From Octopus vulgaris (Eukaryota), in the NCBI GenBank assembly GCA_951406725.2, contig OX597815.1:176700001-176764000 (forward strand): DNA of 64,000 bases, written 5' to 3'. The notes under the pieces are model-generated. The model was not told the origin of the DNA. It saw only the letters and a list, made by a program, of their open reading frames with translations, and ran no database searches. Position numbers and translations under genes: made by a program. Positions within the stretch are counted from its first letter, which is position 1. Each line of letters begins with the position of its first letter. Of the stretch, positions 55,546 to 64,000 are shown piece after piece.

Positions 55546-58457
55546 TTTTGTTTTTGCTACTCTTACTATTTTAGCGGTTATAGATTTTAGCAGCAGCAAC
55601 AGCATGACGTAATAGACATGTCGGCTGTCTTTTGTTTATAAATGTCTTACATTTTTTCATTGATTAATTTTACTGCTCATAGTCTCCGTGAAGATGTTCT
55701 TTTTAATGGAGAAAGGCGTCTAGAATTGGATTTACGGCAGTTATTTAAATCTAGATTTTGGGGAAATTATTTAGTGACCTTTGGTTGCCTCACGGGACCT
55801 TGTCACTCATTTCTGCATTGCTATTTTGCATTTTTCAGTCTTCACGACCTTGTCATGCTCTTCTCCACCTGTTAGTGTAGTTTAAAGAACTAGCCAAGTA
55901 AATTTATCCTGTCGCCATTCTCGCGACATGCTTTTTTAAAATGTTTGCTTCATAAATAATATATACTGCAATTTTTCCATAATGATTATGGCTTGATGAA
56001 TTCGCTGTTTATATTTCTAGTACTTTCTGTAAAGAAACGATTGGTGTTAAATCCAGGCCGTTCTTCTCTTTTGTATAATGTGTTCGAACTCTCATCGTAT
56101 GTTAATAAGGAAAATGAATTAGTTTAAGATTAATTTGCATGCACCCCTAGGGAGATATACTCAAACCTTTGTCAACACAGGAGAATGCAGTCAACCCAGT
56201 ATGATGAACGCAGCCAAACCTAATGTTTATAACTGATGACATATACACCTACAACAGTAAGCAGTTACAGTTGGTGACAACCGGACGTTGAGAGCGATTA
56301 TACCACACATACATACATACATACATACATACATACATACATACATACATACATACATACATACATACATACATACATACATACATACATACATACGTAG
56401 ATACATTCATATATAAGATATGTAATACACTGCCTAAATATAAATCTTGAGAGAAATTAGGCTTCTCAAAAGCAGAAAGGAGAAAGCTAATTCGAAGACT
56501 ACAGATCCAATCCATCACTGGAACTGTGAAAATCTGTAAAACTTTCCAGAAGTTTATCATTTTAATTTATATGCGCATCTCTAGATTTGCAAATATATAC
56601 ATGAGAATACATATATAAAACAAAACATACAAATCTGCACACATACATACATACATACATACATACATACATACATACATACATACATACACACAAACAA
56701 AAATACTCTGTTGTTGTTGATGTTGAAATTCCAATGGCGGAGCCTTAAACCCAGCTTAGAAACCAGATCTTTGTCTATTGGAAGAAATATTGAAATAAAA
56801 CTGACCAGTAACATATATACATAGGATATGTAACACACTGCCTAAATACCAATCTTGAGGAATTAGGCTTCTCAAAACCAGAAAGGAGAAAGTCTACAGA
56901 TCCAGTCCATGACTGGAACTGTAAAAATCTGTAGAACTTTCCAGAATTTTAAATATGAGCATGTCTAGATATGCTATTATATGCATGATAATACACACAT
57001 AAAAGAAAACATACAAATCTGCACACATACATACATATATACATACGTACATACATAAACAAAAATAACCTGTTGTTGATGTTGAAATTCCAGTGATGGA
57101 GCCTTGGATCTAGGTTAGAAACCAGCTCTTTCTCTATCGGCAAGAAATTTTGAAATAAAACTGAACAATGACATACATACATGCATACATCCATACACAC
57201 ACACACCTGTGTGTGTGTGCGTGAGTGTATATGTGGTGTGTGTGTGTGTACAGTTAGATGTACGACTATTGCTGTATGGTTTAGAGCACAACATAGATTA
57301 TCATTATCGAGTGTGCATTCCACTATAGTCTAACACCACACTAAGTAGTGTTATTAGTTATACTATATAGAGTGTATGCGGGATGTATGGGAAAACTATA
57401 AGGGTGTAATAATTATTTGGAACTGAGCAGAGGATGTTCTAAGAAAGCTGGATGTCTAACCGCATCGGATCATCAGAGGAACAATCTATTACAGAGTTCT
57501 AAAATCCGAAGTGAGATTGATGGTGAAGTAATTTATTAGTATCTAAAAGGTAACATATGAATTACCTCGCCATCTTTATATGTATGGTTATCAGTATGCG
57601 GTAAGCACGAGAGTGTCAATATAGTCGTATCGAGAATATAGTCGTGTTCAAGAGAATTCAAATGTTTCAATTACAGTGTAGTTTGAACTGCGTTATCCAA
57701 TGTGTGCAGCCTATTTGAGAGTAGGGTGTCATTTGTTGGTTCATCAGTAAATCTACTTGTGAATTGAAAAAATAAATACACGAGAAATTGCTTCAGCTGT
57801 TACTGAGGTTGATTCAACTGTTTTATCATTCTGTGGGTTTAGTCAGGAACATTTTTTCAGCCATTTTGTCAAGAAATTGAGATTTGGATTCTTATCTCTC
57901 ATTCTTTGCAATAATGCACGTTAATCCGTTTCCTTTAAAAATTGTAGTTGTTATTATTGTTTCACCTTTGGTAAACTTTGTTCAAGCATAACATTACAGA
58001 AGATAATGAAATGCCTTTCAATGTGTTATTCTAATGTAATATTCTACGATTTGCCCTTATCAAATTGTGTACAGACGTAAAATAAAAAAAAAGAAGCTAT
58101 AAAGATACGTGAAATATAACTGCAAATTTCGTAATTTCGGAAAGTGATTAATCAAATAGACAAAATACAGGATTTTTTTTTTCATTTTCAATACTACACA
58201 CTTACTAAAATTGCTATAAAATGAACTAAACTTTTTATTTTGACATTAAAGTCAATATACCATAATCGAATATTGAATTGAACAGCAAAATTCGTCTCTC
58301 TACGATATGTCTGTCGGTTCTGTGACAATTTAATGTGACATCAGTACCGTCTCTTTCGACCATTTTCAAAACAGATTCCATAATAAGCATTCTCTGTACT
58401 ATCGTCATGCTAAAGATATCTTTAAGTATTGTGTATATATATATGTGTTACTTTTAT

Positions 58458-58496
<39 letters not shown>

Positions 58497-59149
58497 CATA
58501 CATGTATGTATGTATACATGTATGTGTGTGTAATTATGTTTTATATATATATATATATTTGCATTTCTGTATTATTTTTCTTTTAATTACTTAATCAAAA
58601 GTGAAACATTGACAACCGCCTTCTTAACGCCATGTTAATATAGCTATATAAGTTTTCTAGGAAGACTCAGAGTGTCATTAATTATCGTTTGTATCATTGA
58701 TTAACAATAAAACAAGAAGAAAAACAGCAATGTTTAAAATTCAGCCGTTTTCGTTTTGCACTTAAATTAACGTTTTGAATGATAATTAACTTTTATTCTT
58801 TCAAATATCATTTAAGTTCTAGCAGAGAATGTCAGATAGAAATCCAAAGCGTTCGTGGTGAAATTGTTTATTTTCTTATGTACGCATTACCGAGGGCTAT
58901 TAAACGTAGTTATTTATTGTGTCTTAACCAAGAGGTTTTGCTTCAAAATGCTTTACAAATTACTATTTGTAAGTGGTACCTCAAATTTTATCAGATCACA
59001 AAAAGACAGCTTAAGAATGTATCTATTTTAATCACACCAATAGAGAATTAACCAACTGAATCCCATTAATTGAAAATTTATGCATTTCGTTGAATTCTAT
59101 TTCAGAAGTTCAAACGAGTGAATTATATCTCTCGTGTAGAATTCGTCAC

Positions 59150-60819
59150 TTCTAAGTTATACAAGAGTATTTAATATCGTCAAGGTAGGACACTTGAGAT
59201 TTCAGTCCATTAGCTCGGGTAATGACAGAAGACTTGTAACAAACACTTACGTTAGTCGAACCAGTCTCTTGATAATGGTTGCACTTGCTAGCAATTATAG
59301 CCAAATCTCTATCTTCATATGTAAGGACATACCACATTAAAATTTATAGAAGGATGGAATGATCACAATTGAACTAGTTTAAACATAGGTATGTTCCACC
59401 AGACTTGAAGATAGGCCTAGGACGCAGACAACTGTTGAAAGCCCTCAAGGAAACAGGCAAATCGCGTAATACTAGCTCAAGATGATTAGGGTTGATAAGG
59501 GACTCTTCCGTAGATAAATACTAGCTCAGTTTTCGCTGCTCCACTCATGTGAAGCGTACAGACTATATAGAACGAAACGCGCGTGACCCTGAGATACCTG
59601 CTGACGATACGGAAGGGTTTCAGGCATTGAAATAGATTTAGAAGAGCTTGCAAAACCTGCGGAGGGTTATTTTTATTTATTTATTTCACCTATTTTAATT
59701 TATTTAATTTACTTATTTATTTCACCTATTGGGCGTGAATTAGTGCTAAACAACTTTTCTCAGTAGACCGGTACTTTAAGCTAAGAGTAAACACCATCTA
59801 AATTTCTGTTAATATAATATATGGAAGCCTCTACTCATCAAGTTACTTTCTGAAACATCATTCTTGCGTATGATAACAATAATAATATTCTATGCATCGA
59901 ATTCCATGCAGTTTGCCTACTTTAATATTTTGAAGAGTAGTAGTCTGGTCGTTTTTTTTTGGGTTTTTTTTACAACTCATCGGAAGCTAGTTTTCTTATT
60001 CAGATGGATATTTGTTTACACCCAATAATAAAATGGTTATGAAAATATAATATTAGAAAACACTTTCCAAAATGATCTCTTGCTGTTGAAACATTTTAGT
60101 AAACTTTAAACTTGAAGAATTAATTAGTTTCGGTTTGTATTGCATTTTTAATAAACCAGTTAAAGTAACAGAACTAATAAAATGTCAATTTTGCAATGTT
60201 TCGATACTTTTATCTATTTTAAAGTTGTAATCCAGCAGGGAAGCAAAGATATCTTTCACACTTCCACGTTCGACTAGAATTAATAAAATCAACATCTTGA
60301 AACACGAGTTATGTGATAATTTGAACAGAATCTAGAAATATAATTTATACTCTGTCGAGTTTTTGTCGTAATAATGCATTTAATAGGTCTTTTAAGAAGA
60401 AGCATTATGCAAGAACGCATTGTAAGTTAATTCTGAAATATATATTCTTAAATTAAGATTATAGATACAAAACTAATCAACAAGTGTGTTAATTCGATCC
60501 TATAAGTCTAGGGGAACGGTAAAGATGAAAAAACTGATTCTGGAAGCTGATTTAAAATATTAAATGCCAACGAAAATATACGGAGAGAATTAATTGAGTA
60601 AAAAATTCTAAGGTATTCTTTATTTAATATCATAAACAAGGCAAAATCATTGTCAGAATAAAAAGCGCACTGGATGAAAAAAAAATTTGTTTTTCTATCT
60701 TCTGAGCTCAGAACTTTCTGGAATGGAATTTGTCGTTGTCCCGTTAATTGAATGGCATTGTGAATATTAGAGGCAGGTAACATGAGAAAGAAAAAGACGA
60801 AGATATTTAGTTTGATCAT
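59150..60819 (-). pseudogene. Probable decayed Toll-like/LRR receptor gene
   Basis: Signal-peptide-like MIKLNIFVFFFLMLPAS, clear LRR LRIFSLAFNILNQLPESVFSSLP, hydrophobic IFITILLLGV (~60040), TIR box1-like EFDA..SY (~59900) and box2-like VLTYEDRDL (~59320), in the right order but with many stops. Confidence 0.4.
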
Positions 60820-61889
60820 GCAGTAGAACTCGGGAATTATTCGCCGCAATTTTCTAAAATAATCAACTTCGATTTTGTCTTCTCTACTTTGATAGATGTC
60901 AATTTAACCGGTTTAAGTTACTCTTTCCTAAAATCTAACATGATTCATTTCAAAAGAAGTTATTACTTTTCGAGAAAGTAGCGAATAATGAATTTCCAAC
61001 GTAAACATAGAGTTCGTGGATTCTGTCTTCATCCATTTACGGAGCTCATATCTTTGCCGCATTGTCTACAACCATCTGGAATATTGTTCATTAAGAAATC
61101 ATGATATAACAATGTATGCCAAATGACATACATATTATTGGTAATTTATCCAGAATTACGTCAGTGGTGAGAACCGTTTAGAAACTAGGACTTAACTGCT
61201 TTCTAATTGTATATTGAACAGACTAAAATCACTTCAATGCTGACGTAATTGTACTTGATATGTTGTTATTTCTATATTGTTACTGATATTTCTTGCAGTC
61301 TTGCGTATAATTAGTATCTTATAAGAACTAATGAGGGAGATTATACAAATATAAAAACAATTTTGACATATTCATTCTCGGTCTTTAATTTTATAAAATA
61401 AAATCAAACGAAAATTTTAAGTAAAATATGTAATATAGTAAGTTGTGAAATGCTGTTGGTAAGATACCATGAGACGACATGTTTGTAGTATTTGTGTGTT
61501 GGTTGGTTAAAACTTGCTTATATGTCCCATCGACTTGTATATAAATATTTATATAAGTGCATGTGTATGTTCAGGAAAGATTGTGTACATAGAAACTTGA
61601 CTTACCAGCTGATTTCAGTACACAGCTTAATAGACAATACAGTCCAATATAAATGAGTTACAATTTAGGTTGTACTTAGTTTGTGTTGATTTAATTGTTT
61701 CCGAAAAATAAATCCCAGAACGACCAACTTTGAAGTTTGCACCTGTTTAGGAAATGAAACAAAACATTTAAATAAGTGCAACCAATATTGACTCGTCTGG
61801 CTACCACGTAAAGAATATCAGCAGTTTTAGTTTTTGACTCGTAATATTCAATGCCATCTTAAAATCTGTTTGTCTGTAAAATTATTAGT

Positions 61890-62100
61890 TTCCAATTTCG
61901 ACACAAGGCCAGCAATTTCGGGAAAGGGCTAACTCGAGAGGAACGATCCCAGAGCTCAATTGGTTCTTATTTTATAGACCCCGAAAGTATGAATTTCAAA
62001 GTAGACGTCGGCGGAGTTTGAATTCATAACGTAAAGACAGACAAAATGTCGCTAAACATTATGTCCGGCTTGCTAACGATTCTGCCAGCTCGCCGCCTTG
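61890..62100 (-). mobile_element. Diverged SINE, tail type B
   Basis: Head ggcggcgagctggcagaatcgttagc and tail ggccttgtgtc. Confidence 0.8.
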
Positions 62101-64000
62101 TAACACAAAATTATTAGATATCAATATTTACTCTGTTTTTAATTGAGCGTCAACTAATTATTCTACACTTTCTTCACTTTTATGGAGAAAAGATCAATTC
62201 AGTGTTATTTTTTAAATTTTCATTATTTTTATGGTTTATTCAGAGAAATAACGGAAATTGTTTTGCAAATTTTGTACATCAGGGTCTTGTGTGGGATGGA
62301 GAGGAATGAACGGAAAAATGATACAAATGCTTGCAACAGAGATAACTCTGCTAAAATCTTGGAATAACAATTCCAGCCCATGTGGCGTGCTGCCACAGTG
62401 TTTCTATCTGTCCAATACTGCTAACGACGCTTCGCTTTGTTCAAGGTTATGGTAGGAAACGTTTTGTTCAGCAGAAATTGTTTGAACCTAGGACCATGTG
62501 ATTACAAAACTGTTATATAGCACGGTCATATTTGTTTAGAGAGGTTTGTACTCTGCTGAAAACCAAGGTCGGTGTTGCGAGACTTATTTTATCTGGCTCT
62601 GTCGACGATTCTGGGTGGACAACGGACTGCAAATATTGCAACGACCAAAAAGGCATAAAGGAAATAACTCAAATGAGTTTTGATATTTCTTATTTAGAGC
62701 AGAGAGAAACTAACAATCACTATTAGCTATACCCAAAGAACATTGGAGATGATTCTTTTAGAATATAGAAATTTGAATTAATTTTCGGTCTTAGAAGACA
62801 ATTTTGATCTTTGCTGGCAAAGAGAAACGATCTACAAGTTTCCTTCTTTTAGGCACATTACCTTATTCCACTAGTTTCGCCCAGGCCCAATATGTTGCAG
62901 AGTCGAAAGAAAATAAGGCTTCTCATTATGTCATCAATATATTTTCGCTTTCTATTCTCAAAGAATTGCTGATATTAACTTCGATACTTAAATTTGAATC
63001 CTGCTTTAGTGAAATAAACAGTTTTATAATTAAGCCATTATCTTGAGAATAATCAGAGTTTAGATTGGATTAACAACAACAAATTCCCATTAATTCGAAG
63101 GAATAATTATCGAAATATTGTATGAAAAGTAAAGTAAAAAGAAAAGCTATTAAGCAGTGATAATAAAACACATATTTCTTGGAAAATTAGTTTAATATGA
63201 CTCATTTCGTATAAAAATGTATTTATAGGAATAAGACAAAATGATGATAGGACTCCAATTTCCTGTAGAAAATTTCCTCCTTAAAGTGTTTTGGCAATCC
63301 CTGGAAAATGGAAAAAAATAAGACAAATAAGGAATGGTATCTTCTATGTAAAATGATAATTTGTTTACGTACTGAATCCATTGATACGTAGGGTGTAATA
63401 AAACCTCCAGCACAATTCTTAAAATTCTATTCAAATTGTCCTGAGCCACCCACCAATGCTAATTCAATTATATCCCACATAAACTTCCACCAAGCTTTGT
63501 CGTTTCTTCAACAACAAAAACAAAAGGCAAGAATCCTGTTGGCTCAGCAGGACTATGGAGCTTCTGCTTAATTTTTGCATTACGAATAATATCAAATGCT
63601 GTTTCTGCTGAAACGAAACGTACCCAGTGTTTCGATAAAATCCGATGTTTTCGTGTTGTATATACATCCTTTATTGTTTCAGTCAATGAACTGCGGCCAT
63701 GCTGGCGCAAAGAATCGAACGTTTTAGTCGAACCGATTGACACCCAATTCTTTTTCTTAAGCCAGGCCCTTATTGCATCCGTCTCTTCTGCGAAACTGCT
63801 AACAAGCAGGGAGGTAAACAAACCAACACTGTTTGTCAAGCGCTGATGAGGGAAAACACAAAGGCACACGACATAGATACACACGTACGCCACATTTACA
63901 CACATACATACAATTTGAATTTACGTACACAATGTTTTATATCACCTGAGAAGTCACATCTAGAGCTCATATTACATAACCAAATACCTGCAAGTCTGGA

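Noticed and set aside
59540-59595. Hammerhead suggested by GAAACGCGCGT
   Set aside because: There is no CUGANGA-like core or convincing stem I/II; at most a dead Penelope remnant.

Overview
AT-rich, microsatellite-dense animal DNA; the SINE/LINE repertoire resembles coleoid cephalopod (Octopus-like) genomes (inference from recalled families, not verified). No intact host gene is demonstrable. 1-13.1 kb is a pile-up of about ten co-oriented R4/Dong-clade (RT + RLE) retrotransposon pieces from about five families. Most end in (TAA)n, and one is a near-full-length pseudogenised copy (616-4732). They are mixed with tRNA-derived SINEs carrying a Meta-like domain, Tx1/L1-like fragments and a probable non-autonomous Helitron. 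The rest holds Gypsy, Tc1, RTE, hAT and older R4 relics, a probable decayed Toll-like receptor gene and weak minus-strand exon candidates. The most notable signals are: (i) five hammerhead-ribozyme-like motifs in small elements beside (TA)n/(TACA)n tracts, one fully canonical and the others with U4C, U3-A8 or G3-C8 cores; (ii) reiterated 22-24 nt repeats at retroelement 5' junctions; (iii) a SINE whose tail matches the Tx1-like LINE 3' end and which recurs in tandem at one fixed internal junction.
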